Source: Podarcis pityusensis
Taxonomy: Eukaryota
Length of the DNA: 64,000 bases
NCBI GenBank assembly: GCA_964106645.2
Contig: OZ067038.1
Strand: one strand, 5' to 3'
Positions 1 through 11,897 of the stretch are shown here, piece by piece. The notes under the pieces were generated by a model. That model had not been told where the DNA came from and did no database searches. It saw only the letters and a list, made by a program, of their open reading frames with translations. The translations under genes and the position numbers were made by a program. Positions within the stretch are counted from its first letter, which is position 1; every line of letters starts with the position of its first letter.

Positions 1-269
1 CAAAAGGACTCCAGAGAGGGGCTGCTTAAAATGGTGGCTGCTTGAACGCTGCTGCTGCTGGCACCAACAAAGCCCAGCCTCCTTCCTCCTCTAGGCAGGG
101 CGGGGAGAAGCCAGGAGGGAGGGAGGGAGGAGGCGCTGCCGCCCTATGAGGGAGAGGGAAAGAACGCACGCTCTGCGATCCACGGAGCGATTCCCGGACC
201 GTCTGCGGGCAGGATCCAGAAGGCAATTGGGCCTGTTCCGGCCCACGGACCTTCATTTGCCGATCCATG
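1..269. mobile_element. Right end of a non-autonomous hAT-type DNA transposon
   Basis: Ends in tttgccgatccatg, resembling the CAGGGGTCGGCAAA-type TIR. Subterminal gggcc...ggccc motif is shared with the element at 34247. Confidence 0.5.
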
Positions 270-274
270 AAATA

Positions 275-399
275 GATCATACAGGGCAGGTGTCCATCCA
301 ACCTCTGCTTAAAAACCTCCAAGGAAGAAGAGTCCACCACCTCTCATGCGAGTCTGTTCCCCTGTCAAACAGCTGTTAGAAAGTTCTTTCTGATGTTTA
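275..399 (-). mobile_element. CR1 LINE 3' fragment
   Basis: The minus strand encodes VDSSSLEVFKQRLDGHL, the typical CR1 ORF2 C-terminus. Confidence 0.8.
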
Positions 400-1963
400 T
401 GTGAAGCAACAAGTAAGGCTAAAGGAATTGCTGTGGAATAACCGTCTTCTTGTTTATATAAATTGGGATGGGGAACCAAGCTAGGTTTTCAACCTGGTTT
501 AGCTGCTGCATATTATTATTTAGCACCAATCATATAGCTGGGGCTCCATCCTTGCGCAGAAGATTTAATTTACCATTGTAGCTTGTATACAGTACTGTAC
601 GTTCTGTTGAAAACTGTTAGTATTTCCAAGCAAATTGTCATGTGAGCAAGGGGGAAATAGATTGATGATAGGGTTGCTACCAGACCAGGAAAAGAAGCAA
701 AGCTTGGCTTGGCTTGGCCTGTCACTAACAGCAGTTTTGATCTGTAGACATTTGTAACAGTATAGAAGAGGCTGAGGACGTTACACTCCAGTATAATTTT
801 TTTGTGAAAGATTGAAGAGAGGTTTGAAGGGGCAGGAAGCTGGTTGGAAATGAGAAGGAAGAATCACATTCTTTTGGCTTCTCTGACTGCGAGACTTCAT
901 TTGGATGAACTGAAAACTGTTTTTAGTTACAATGACATTCAGTAGCTGGGAAAGATTGATTTTCAATAGTTTAATACTTTTACCACTGTAAATTTAAAAT
1001 TCTAATCCTGCTGTATGTAAAATCATTTTGTGCTGGCCTCCATGGTACTTCTGATCAGTGTGCAAACCAGCATCTCATTTTTTTTAGCAAAAGAAAAGCA
1101 CTGATTATGATACAGAAGGTGAATGAGTTATGAATGCTTTTGCCGCAATAAATTCTGTGGTCCACTGGGAGCCAAACCCTATTTATATTTACTATCTTAA
1201 TATTCCTCTGTGACTTGGATAGACAGTTTGTATCCATCTGATGCCATGCATTGAGTATTTTATTCCCAATTCTTTGGAACGCCTTAATAGATGTGATCAG
1301 AAAGGCTCCCTCCCTCTTGAACCTCAGAGGCTATTCAAGAGGTTATTTAGTTTCCTGTTTTGTGATTAATTTTAAATTAATTTTATCTACTGTACGTCTT
1401 TTGTAATTTGTATGTACACCACTGAGAAACCTGTATATAAATAGCTGAAATATTATTGTTCATTTATTAAAGTCCTCCTGAATTCAACAAGAGATTATTT
1501 CCTTGTAAGTGCAGGGAATTATAGTTGTAGACCATGAGCCAGTTTAAAGTTGAACCTGCATGTCCGTCTGAAATTATTAGAATGAGTTAGTTGTGGCCAA
1601 AGTTTTAGCAAATACTCTTAACTGGATTTGGGACTTGAAATAAACATTGCTACTTGTCTGAGATTTTGCCAAAAATCTAACTGAAATTTTGCGACACATC
1701 TAATTCATAAGTTAGTCCTAAGTATAGAGCTTGGGTGGCTTATTGGATACTCAGTAACGTTTCCTTCCTGGAAATTTATTTAGGACGTCTGAGTAATATA
1801 TGGAGAAGTGTGGTTCATGGAACACAGTTACACATCTATAGACATTCTGCCTCCTTTGAACTCCTTCCTGCCTTGTTGTGATAAGGAGGGATGGCTGATA
1901 GATGCTTCATGGTAGTTAAATTGCGGCAGCCCATCTTATTCTTTCTGGTTTCTTGTTTCCTAG

Positions 1964-2177
1964 TTCCCTGCTCCGGTATGGTGGGAATCTATCACTTCAG
2001 AGTGCCATGAGTGTGCGGTTTAACAGCAATGGAACACAGCTGCTTGCTCTCAGACGTCGGCTGCCACCAGTCCTTTATGACATCCACTCCCGTCTGCCTG
2101 TCTTCCAGTTTGACAACCAAGGATACTTTAATTCTTGTACCATGAAAAGCTGCTGTTTTGCAGGTGATCGCGATCAG
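1964..2177 (+). CDS. DCAF5: DCAF5 internal coding exon (human exon 6 equivalent), WD40 region: (S)SLLRYGGNLSLQSAMSVRFNSNGTQLLALRRRLPPVLYDIHSRLPVFQFDNQGYFNSCTMKSCCFAGDRDQ
   Basis: Pyrimidine tract plus TAG acceptor (1961-1963) and CAG|GTAAAG donor. 214 nt, ends in phase 0. Peptide recognised as DCAF5 WD40 sequence. Earlier exons lie upstream of the window. Confidence 0.96.
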
Positions 2178-2230
2178 GTAAAGAGCCTCAGTTGCCAAGT
2201 CTGTGAGCTGAATAAATATTTCACTTGTGG

Positions 2231-2439
2231 CATTTATATCCCACCTTGCTCTCCAAGGATCTTAAAGTGGCATATATGGCTCTCTCCCTCCTTGTTTAAT
2301 CCCCACAACAACCCTGTGAGGTAGGCTGAAGGGGAGTGACCGATGCAAATTAATCCTGTCAGTTTCACTGCCAGGTGGGGGCTTGGACCCGTCTCCCAGG
2401 TCCTAGTCTGACAATATAACCTCTACACCATACTGGCTC
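2231..2439 (-). mobile_element. Old tRNA/CORE SINE (Squam3/MIR-like)
   Basis: Reverse complement begins gagccagtatggtgtag and contains ccccacaacaaccctgtgaggtaggct. Homologous to the young copy at 58937. Confidence 0.7.
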
Positions 2440-3603
2440 AGTGGGCACTTCAAGAGCATTGATGGCATGGCATTAAAACACAGGGTCAGTGTGCCTATAT
2501 TTAAGTTTCCCCCTTGCTTAAAACAAAGAAGGGTGTTAAGACTGAGAGACCTGGACAACATACCCACATAACTTAGCCAACCCTGTGGGGTGAAGTAAGC
2601 CGAGAGATGGTAGTTGACCCAGGTTGTCCACTGAGCTCCTCACCTGGGTGGTCATTAGAAATTGTATGTCTCTGGTTGAAATCCACTGTCCACTTCACCC
2701 CACTAATGTGACTTTCAGACTAGACACATTAAAGGGGGGAAATGAAATACTTTGATACTAAACAAGGTAATGGAACTGTGGTGGCTAAGGCTCTGTTTCC
2801 ACTCCATCAACGCATCATACGAGTTTATTCCAAAAAAGCCCCACATGGCGAGCTGTTTTAGTGCATACAGCTGCTTGCAACATGGCTTTGCTGCGTTTCA
2901 CTATTTTACTGTGGTATGCAAGAATTTGGACCATGCTTCACAGCAAATAGTTGCAAGCAAATGGCACACCATGCAGAGCTGTCACATGGCTATATTTCCA
3001 TACGAATCGTGCCTTGGCTAATGCAGAAATGTTAATTGGGAGTAGGTTGTACACCATGTTGCCTTGATTTGAGATGACTGGTGCAAATGTTTAGAAAGAT
3101 GATAATGTGCTTATTTGCTTTCCCTTTGTTTCTACATATTTCTTAAACTTATATCCCACGTGTTTTCATCATGGAATCCAAAGGGGGGGGGTGCATGTGG
3201 TTCAGTCACCACCCAGGCACCAACCAGACTCAGAGCTGCTTTGTTTCTGCATGGTGATGACCCCATGTGTCTTCAGACCTACTCTTTAGGATATTGATGA
3301 TCTAGCAGGTTATGATGACTTATCTGACCTCATGTGGCTCAGGCCAGTTGCACCACCATTTTTTTTGGAAGCGGGCGAGTGTTTTCCTTTGTTACAGAGG
3401 AGGAAAGAAGAAGCCTGGTGCAGTATGGTTGGGAGAGGGGGAGAGGGCTTGAGAAAAATTAAAAATGAATGCTGTTGGGAACTTGCATATATTTTATTTA
3501 GGCAGCGGAAGGGAGAGGAGAAAAAGCAGTCTTCAGAATGCCTGGTTTTGGTAGCATTATGGGAGGGGGAGTCTAGTTTTTTGTAGCCGCACTGATGCTA
3601 TCA

Positions 3604-3947
3604 CATAGGCGCCAACTCTAAGGGGCCCAGGTCCCTTCACCCCTCCCATAAAATATGGGGGGTGCCACCCCAATTTTGAGAACAATCAGTTGCAGAGGAG
3701 GCAGTGTGTGGAGCTGAGTGCAGTGCTGATTCAGTGGTTGGACGCTGCTTCTCCTGCTGCCACAGAGGGGAAGCAGCCCCGGGCAAGTGGCAGGAGGAGG
3801 AGGCCAGGCTCCAGAAAGGAGGAGTCACCAGCCATTGAAGCTGCACTGCTATTGTGTTTGGCTCCACCCCTGACTCCTCCCTGTGTCACACGGGAGTCAT
3901 GCATGTGTCATCTCCCTCCAATTTTCTACTTAGGTTGATTCCTCTAT
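3604..3947. mobile_element. Non-autonomous DNA transposon (possibly Harbinger-like), GC-rich
   Basis: Termini cataggcgccaac and a degenerate gttgattcctctat. A similar element lies at ~31027-31380. Confidence 0.4.
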
Positions 3948-4906
3948 CAATAAAAAGTGAGTAAAGTTTGGTGAAATATGAATTTCTTTAGCAAGATCTC
4001 AGCCTTCTAGGGAATGACTCCCAAGACTTGATGAGAAATTTCCTTTGTTTTAGATCAGTGCTGCCTCTTTCATTTCTCCTTAGTTCTGAAATTCATTTTT
4101 CCCTCTCCCTTTTGCTTCGCTGAAGACGTAGCAAAGCTCCAGGCCACCAGTAATAAAAAGCACTACTTTGCTGCTTTTTTCAAGCAAGAGTTAATGTGTG
4201 CTCTCTGAATAAAACTAAAATTATCTTTACTCTGTGGCATGTCCTCAGACATTACATCACCACTCAGTCTCCTTTGTTGATATTATGCGTGTGCAGGAAA
4301 GTTTCAGGAATGCAGCAGTCACTGGGTTGCTCTTCCAGCATTCCTTAGGATGAGTTCTGCACACTGAAAGACTCTGGTCAGGATGCTTTGGGTTTTGCCT
4401 TTCAACATGGTGCTCCTAGAAAGAGCAGTGGCTAAAACAACTCATTTACATGCTGTTTTGTTTTGTTTTTAAATAAACTAGGGAACTTGCTCAGTGCCAC
4501 TTAAGAATAGAACTGGCAGCATTCTCCCCCCCCCCCCCCAACCTTGGGGAATTTTTTTTGCATGCTTTTGCAGCACTAGGAATTTGCCTTGGTTCAGGGT
4601 AGGAAACATTAAGCATTCTGAGGCTAGTTAAAAAATGGAAGCATTCACTTCCGGGTTTTCAGCGTTCGGGTTCTGAATCGTTCAGCTTCCAAGACACTCA
4701 AAAACCGAGGTTGCACTGTATCAGTTTTAGTTGGAAAGGGCAGGCACTTGACTACTTCATACCACGTGAATTCCCTCTCAGAAGCAGTGCTGTTCTCTAA
4801 GTTTAACTGATAAGATTTCCCTAATTCCACCAGGCATACAGGCTTGTTTTCAAATTATAAACTAGATGTGGACAAACCATTTTTTACAAGCCTAATGTTG
4901 AAACAA

Positions 4907-5261
4907 GGGACGCGGGTGGCGCTGTGGGTAAAACCTCAGCGCCTAGGACTTGCCGATCGCATGGTCAGCGGTTCGAATCCCCGTGGTGGGGTGCGCTCCC
5001 GTCGTTCGGTCCCAGCGCCTGCCAACCTAGCAGTTCGAAAGCACCCCCGGGTGCAAGTAGATAAATAGGGACCGCTTACCAGCGGGAAGGTAAACGGCGT
5101 TCCGTGTGCTGCGCTGGCTCACAAGATGCAGCTTGTCACGCTGGCCACGTGACCCGGAAATGTCTGCGGACAGCGCTGGCTCCCGGCCTATAGAGTGAGA
5201 TGAGCGCACAACCCTAGAGTCTGGCAAGACTGGCTCGAACGGGCAGGGGTACCTTTACCTT
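4907..5261 (+). mobile_element. Full-length Sauria SINE (lacertid type)
   Basis: tRNA-like head GGGACGCGGGTGGCGCTGTGGG...GGTTCGAATCC, gtgcaagtagataaatagg core and (ACCTTT)n tail. Perfect 13-bp TSD TAATGTTGAAACA at 4893-4905 and 5262-5274. Confidence 0.95.
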
Positions 5262-7244
5262 TAATGTTGAAACAGTTGTACTTCTATGATGAACAGGGGA
5301 TTGCAGGGAATAATGACCTAAATACACCTTATGAAGGTTTTCTGAATATCTTCAAATGCATTTACAATGATTAATTTTGAATGTTTTCATTAAGGCCGTA
5401 AGAAATATATTCTTGGTAACTTTAAGTAGCAAGCTTACTGAGGTGAAACGCTGGAATTACCCTATACTGCCAGTGGGGGGCAGCAGTGGCTATTATGAGA
5501 CCTATTACATTGAAAGCAAATATAGACAGGGCCATGTATTTAATTTCTGATATTGACATGATATATACTGTTCAAACAGCTGAAGGCTAGGATTTTTTTT
5601 GAAGAATTATATTTGAGTGGTCAAAGAGTGAGGGAATTAATCTGAACATTTGAATGTTGAAGTAATTTTTATCCCCAATAGCTTACTCTTATTAGCATAC
5701 CTTTATTTTATGCCTTTTCTTGCTTCCAGAAATATGTCATTCCTGATTTTCTGCCTAATTATCAGTTGTTATATTTTGGGTGCACATGTGTGTGTACAGA
5801 GCTGTAGAATGTGTTTGTTTAAATAAGCAGCATATCACAAAACAGAACAATTGGTTTTGCAGTTATCAGTATTGAAATTTATAGCAACCCTCATTTGCTT
5901 CAAAATTTATGGAATTTTATATTATATATCTGAAGAGATGTAAAATAGGAAGCTGCTCTTTGTCCTGTGACTATTTTGAGAGTAGGAACTGGCTTTTGCC
6001 ACAGACTTGAGAGTTCACGCAGAAGAACAACCTGGGAAACTTTTTCGAGTGCTGCTGTTGGCAGGGTGGGGAACTAAGGGAAAGATTCAACGGCACTTAA
6101 GTGTGAAGATGGCAATCCAAACTGAACCGAATTTTTGAAGTTGCATGTGCTGGGAACGGTGTGGGTGGCTTTAGACAAGCCACTCTTCTCTTAAGCCCTG
6201 GTCTAGTTGTCAGTCATATCCCATACCTGTGGTGTCAGGCAGGCCATCCATTTTTTAAAGCAACATTTGTTTATTTGTTTCCTTATTTGAACAACAGCAA
6301 GCAATTAATTGAAGTGTAAAAGTGCTCTGGGGAGGAGAGGGGATTTCTTGGTGTCATAGCTGAGAGATTAAGGGTTAATAACACTCCAGTCCTCCACATT
6401 AGGGTGCTAATAAGCATTGGGAGCCCTGTGCTGGTGAACTGTGTAAAAACAAAAAATCTTAAAAGGCCCAGTTATGTAGCTAACCTAATGTGTAATTTGG
6501 CTCTTTAAGATGTAAGAAGCTCTGTCAGTCATGAATTGCCTTACACAAAAGAAGCAAGCAAATGTGGAGCAAGAGAAAAGGGCTGGCTTTAATTTTCCTC
6601 TTTAATACTTTGCATTCAGCAAAACCTACGGAAATATAAAAGCTTCAAGATGCCGACCATTTTCCAGCAGACAGTAGTTAAGAAAAATTTATTCCTGTTG
6701 GTGGCTGAATTCCAGAATGTGCAAAAAGCACTGCTATTAAGACCGCAGTAACCGCTGCTGATCATATTCCATTTTGCATAAGTTGCCTATAGTATGTTCT
6801 CCTTTTGGGGCAGAAATGGGAGGGGAGGTTCAGGCAGGCAAGGAAGCAGCAGAGCCAGCAGTCTGAGGATGGCTCATTCTAAACAATTGAGGCATGTTTA
6901 TAGAGTTCTGGGATTGCTGCTTTGTGCAGCAACAGCTATTAACCATGCCTGGGAATTTTCTTCCTTCTAAGGCAAACTTCTGAATCAGCAGCTTGTCATC
7001 CAAAAGCCTTTCCTCCCCTCCCCTTTCGGTTGTTTGCAGCTAGTCACAGATGGAGGATGATTTACATCTTTGCTCATCAAATGACTTTGAATATTTTCCC
7101 CCAAAAGACTGTTAATGTTTTGTTTGAACACATTCTTTTAATGTTTGGAGATCTTGATGGGAGTAGGAAATGGGGGGGGGGGGTTGGCATGAGAAGCACT
7201 TTTTTTGCTGCTTTAGGTCACACACTTCCTGAGAGTAGGCTTGG

Positions 7245-7612
7245 GCCTGATTTGCATGAAACGCTAAGCTAAACCTTGAATTAGGGAAACCACGCAAGTG
7301 TGCAGGATCCCAGAGAGCAGCTTGCAGCACCTTTTCTCCCCTCCAGTCCCATTTGCTGCATGGCTTAGCGTGTTGTCTGAACTGGGGCTTGTGGTTCAGC
7401 TCTCTGCTTGCTAACCACTAGGTTAGGAAGGAGAGAGCTTAGCCATGAGCCCCAGTTCAGACAACACACGAAACCAACCCTGACGTGCTTTGGCACAGTG
7501 CTGCAGCAAAAATGACCAGGGAGGAGCACAGCGGCTATAAGCTTCTCTCCAGGAGCCAGCACAGGCTTAGTAAGGTAAGGTCTGGTTTTGCAGGCCTTGT
7601 GAACCAGGCCCA
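7245..7612. mobile_element. Composite palindromic MITE with a central 98-nt hairpin
   Basis: Inverted gtgttgtctgaactggggct / agccccagttcagacaacac. A related degenerate copy lies at ~40250-40445. Confidence 0.6.
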
Positions 7613-8593
7613 TGGGGTCTCATGTGATGTATCCTCAGTGCTGGAGACACAGCAGGCAGCATATATTTCTTAACAACTTTCTTCATATTATCCTACAAGA
7701 GCAGCTTCTCTGACCACGCTCCTAAAAAACAACTGACTAGAACAGAGATGGGTCTTCATTTTTCCTTCTTTTAGGAAACGTCATCTCTTGAGGAACCTTC
7801 ACGCAAACAAGGGTGGGGAATAAATAATAGAATTATTATTACTGCTACTTCTTCTACACTAAGACTATTAAACTGAGTGACTATGCTACAACTGTGTGTT
7901 GGGACACTTGCAATTGTGAAAGCTTAGTGAAACTCACCAACCACCAGCAGAGTGTTGGCTGCATTTGGCTGGCTGTTAAGTGCAAGATACTTTTTAGTTA
8001 TTGGGAGGAAATGTGTAGTTGCATTCACATCTACAGCCTGAGCAACTTTCCTGTGCTAGATCCTTTTTTGGACATTGTTAACATTTGCCAAAAGGGACTC
8101 CACTGGCAGCACTTCTCTAAAGCTGTCCTCTTATAAGCAGATCTCTATAAAATTTCACATAGAAAGGAGTTCCTTGTGTGACTATTTTCTTCTGGCAGTA
8201 ACTAGGCTGGAGTGCCAGAACACCTTGACTTTACATTTTGAGAATTCTGGTTAGGGTGAGGACAAAATATCCTTGCAGTTCGAATGAGCACATCCAAGTT
8301 CGGTAAAGCAGCTAGGCTTCTCCACATTGGAGTGTACTGTGTGTTTTACAGCTGCTTGTTTTTATTTCTCAGTCCTTGAGAATGAAGGATCTTCATCTTA
8401 TTTACTTTGTCAATTTGTTTGGCTACTCTAATTGTTTAGTTTCTGCCTGTAAAGTATTTTAAGTGCTCTTTGATTAAAATTGAATCAACTTTGTATAAGG
8501 GGTAAAAACTAAACTTTTGCCTTATTTTCCCTTCTTTCTTTGTGCTACTGGGTTACAAATATGAGGAATTCTTTGTTGGCCATCAGGTTGGCA

Positions 8594-8791
8594 CAGACTG
8601 GAGATTGGTCAAATATTGTAAAAGACATAACTTTCTGTATCCCCACAAAGTTGCTCTCAGGTGTTCTTCCTTTTTTCGTAACACTTCAGCTCCAGACTGG
8701 AGATTGGTCAAATATTGTAAAAGACATAACTTTCTGTATCCCCACAAAGTTGCTCTCAGGTGTTCTTCCTTTTTTCGTAACACTTCAGCTC
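8594..8791. repeat. Perfect 2 x 99-bp tandem duplication
   Basis: 8594-8692 is identical to 8693-8791, with CA microhomology at the junction. Confidence 0.95.
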
Positions 8792-8880
8792 CATATGCAA
8801 CTTTTAAAATTGTGGTAGGAAATGGCCAGTTCGTTAGCACTTGCATACCTCTGCAGTTTCCCAGTTCTTCTATAAGTGTA

Positions 8881-9434
8881 CCGTATTTTTCGCCCTATAG
8901 GACACACTTTTTCCCCTCCAAAAATGAAGGGGAAATGTGGGTGCGTCCTATGGGGCGAATACAGGCTTTCGCTGAAGCCTGGAGAGCGAAAGGCTCTCAC
9001 TCTCCAGGCTTCAGGAAGCTCTGCGCAACCCTCCGGAGCCCGGCGCCAAGCCGCGCCGGCCTCCGGAAGGTCGCGCAGAGCTGCCTGCCCTCCCGGGGTC
9101 CGCACAGCTCTGCGCGACCCTCCAGAGCACGGCGCCAAGCCGTGCCGGCCTCCGGAGGGTTGCACAGAGCTGCACATTCCGAAGCCTCGGGCGCACTGAA
9201 GAGCGCGCCTGGGCTTCGCACAGCTGTCCGCAAGCCTGGGGAGACCGGCGCGGCTCCCTAGGCTTGCAGATAGCAGGCTGTTCTGGGGGCTGGGGTCGGG
9301 CGAAGCTCGGGCTTCCCCCGTGCCAGCCCCGTGCCTGGGGGGGAAATAATTTTTTTTCTTTATTTCCCCCCCCCCCCCAAAAAAAACTAGGTGTGTCCTA
9401 TAGGGCAGAGCGTCCTATGGGGCGAAAAATACGG
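8881..9434. mobile_element. Tc1/mariner (pogo/Tigger-like) non-autonomous element with GC-rich interior
   Basis: TIR CCGTATTTTTCGCCCTATAGGAC / GTCCTATGGGGCGAAAAATACGG, TA on both flanks (8879-8880, 9435-9436), and an internal copy of the TIR motif. Confidence 0.9.
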
Positions 9435-9951
9435 TAAATGTGTTTTATTTTCTTTTTTCAGCTAAACAGACTAGTAATGTACTTTGAGGAAGGAAGCTTT
9501 TAAAATTATCAGTACTGTACTTTGAACTTTCATACAGTGGGCATATTGAGTGAATTTGAGGGAGAATTCCATTGATGTTAAAGCAAATAAATCATAAATG
9601 AGGACTAGAACAGGGGCAGGTGTTTGACTTGTGTAGCATGATTTTTATGGGTATAATTTCAATGGGACTGGAAAGTAAATATGCATTAGATTGTAGCTTA
9701 TCATTTTTGTTGATTTTGTTGATTTTTAAAATCAAAGCCTTCCCTCTCCCCACTGGTTTATCATGAATCCCTGGTCTTTATATTTTCAGTCCTTGACCTG
9801 CCACCACACGAACAATACGAATTCTAGGCATGTAGACTATATATGTATTGCTTCATATAATCAAGCTATTGGAGCTTCCAAATATGTATATTTCAAGGGC
9901 TGCCTTAGTGGTGAATTTGTTGTAACTTACTAGTATTTTTATTTCTAACAG

Positions 9952-10018
9952 TACATCCTCTCTGGCTCTGATGACTTTAATTTATACATGTGGAGAATTC
10001 CTCCGGATCCAGAAGCAG
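9952..10018 (+). CDS. DCAF5: DCAF5 internal coding exon (exon 7 equivalent): YILSGSDDFNLYMWRIPPDPEA(G)
   Basis: Too short for the ORF track; read by eye. tttttatttctaacAG acceptor and CAG|GTGAGT donor. 67 nt, phase 0 to 1, in frame with both flanking exons. Carries the WD40 SGSDD..LYMW motif. Confidence 0.95.
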
Positions 10019-10082
10019 GTGAGTGTTCCTGTAGAATCTTCCAAATTAAGTTAATAGCACTAGGAAAAGCAATCTTCTAGAA

Positions 10083-10264
10083 CAGTGTTTCCCAAAGTGT
10101 GGTGTGCATACCCCAGGGTTACACTGAAGAGTTTCAAAGAGTACATGGCAGAATTTGCTCTAGTCTAGATATTAAAACTACAAATTATCTTCTCCCAAAA
10201 AGGCCTACCACTGGTATAACCTCTCAAGAGAGGTATACAATCATTATAAGTTTGGGGAACACTA
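10083..10264. mobile_element. hAT (Charlie-like) MITE
   Basis: TIR CAGTGTTTCCCAAA / TTTGGGGAACACTA. 8-bp TSD TTCTAGAA / TTCTACAA. Confidence 0.75.
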
Positions 10265-11897
10265 TTCTACAATATTAGCAATTTACGCAAGAGGTGCATT
10301 ATTGGGGCCGCCTTCCTGTACATGCGTACCTTTGTGTAAACTCAGTGATGTTTGCAATCCTTTGCATGTCTGCTTGGAAGCACTGAAGTTCTCCTGATTT
10401 GTGTGTGACGTGTATGTATATATCCTCGTCCCCATCGCCTTCTTAATCAAAATCATCTCTCCCCGTTAGCTGCTCTTTGCCTTGTAGGGGTGGGGAATAC
10501 AGGTATCTGTATTTTTCACCTAACACTGTGCTATTCATTGATGCAATCAAACCGAGTATGTAACAGTTTAGAAATGCAAGAGCTAAAACACAAAAAAAGC
10601 ATTACATATTCACAATATTAACAACTACTGAAACACACATGCATTAAGTTTAGTGCTTTAATTTTAGCTCTTTGTTGGTCTATGTATGTTGTCATGAGTA
10701 TTACTGCTTTCTCACTTTTGTGTCCCCAACATGGCTGTTTTTTAAAAAACAAAATGAAGGTTCCTTCATGTTCCACTTCTGGGCTTCCAGAGGCATCGTT
10801 TGTTGAGCAGTGCGGTTGAGTGACCAAGCTGAAATACATGAAGTAATAAGTTCTTTACTGTGCTGCCAAGCGCTACAGTCAAAGGGCTTTTTGGAGAAAA
10901 CTTGGTTCTCTTCAGTACTTTCAGCACTTCTAAGTAATTGTCAAGACTTGCCTAAAGGTCCATGGTTTTGATGACCGAACCAACCCAGCCTTATATTTGT
11001 ATGACCAAGTGAATGTAGTTCTCCTGTGAAAAAGGAGACACAGACCTGTTGGGTTCAGAGACCTGGAATTCTTAGAAACATAAGAACCAGGACGTGTACT
11101 GTGTCTTATTAGATAGCAGGTTTGTTTTAGAGTTCCTTCCTTACTTGCAGCTACGTGCAGATTGCTGTTCTTCCTTCCAGAATTCCCTTTCCCCCAGTCT
11201 GCCTACTGTAAGTCCTGGGGGGAACTAGTCTACACTTAACTCAGAGCAACCTGGAATCCTGGTTTGGATCAAGGAATGGATCTGCCATAAGCATTACAGT
11301 GACTAATCAATTGGTAAACCACCAAGAGAGTAGATAAAAACAAAAGCATTTGTGTTGGCTTGCCCTTTACTTGAAGTAGCTTTTCTTCCCATCTCTGTTG
11401 AGGCCATCACTACTTTACTTTCTGGATAATAGTTAGTACCAACAGTATAGTAAAATGGAATGGCCATCTATCTGCCTGCCCATAGTTCTGAAGTTGCTAA
11501 GGGAAAGACTGACTATGATTTGGAAGCTTCATCTGATGAGAAATGCTGCTGTACGTCTCCACAAGGCATTCCTATCTTCAGCTTGTTCTGTTCCAGTTAC
11601 ATTGGTTATCAATATGCTGTTTTTCACAACTATATGTGGTATGCATGCATGCAGGCTTACTGGAGTTTTTGAATATTTCACCACTGGCATAGTCCAGAGT
11701 CAGGGTGTCCTTGACTTAAGGCAGTTTTACTTGCTGCCAATGAAATAGTGACTAATTTAGTGGAAGGTGCACAGTGGGATAAGGGCAGTGGTGGACTTAT
11801 GGCCTGTAGCTGTACACAGCTAGTATTTCAAATTCAGTGCAAACAAGCCATTCTTTGGTATATGGAGCTATTCTCTTCTGTTGCTGTTTTTTTCCAG

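Noticed and set aside
8542-9261. 239-aa ORF with an internal peptide repeat, and overlapping ORFs
   Set aside because: It is built from the 99-bp tandem duplication plus the GC-rich palindromic MITE interior. No recognisable domain, and a non-ATG start.
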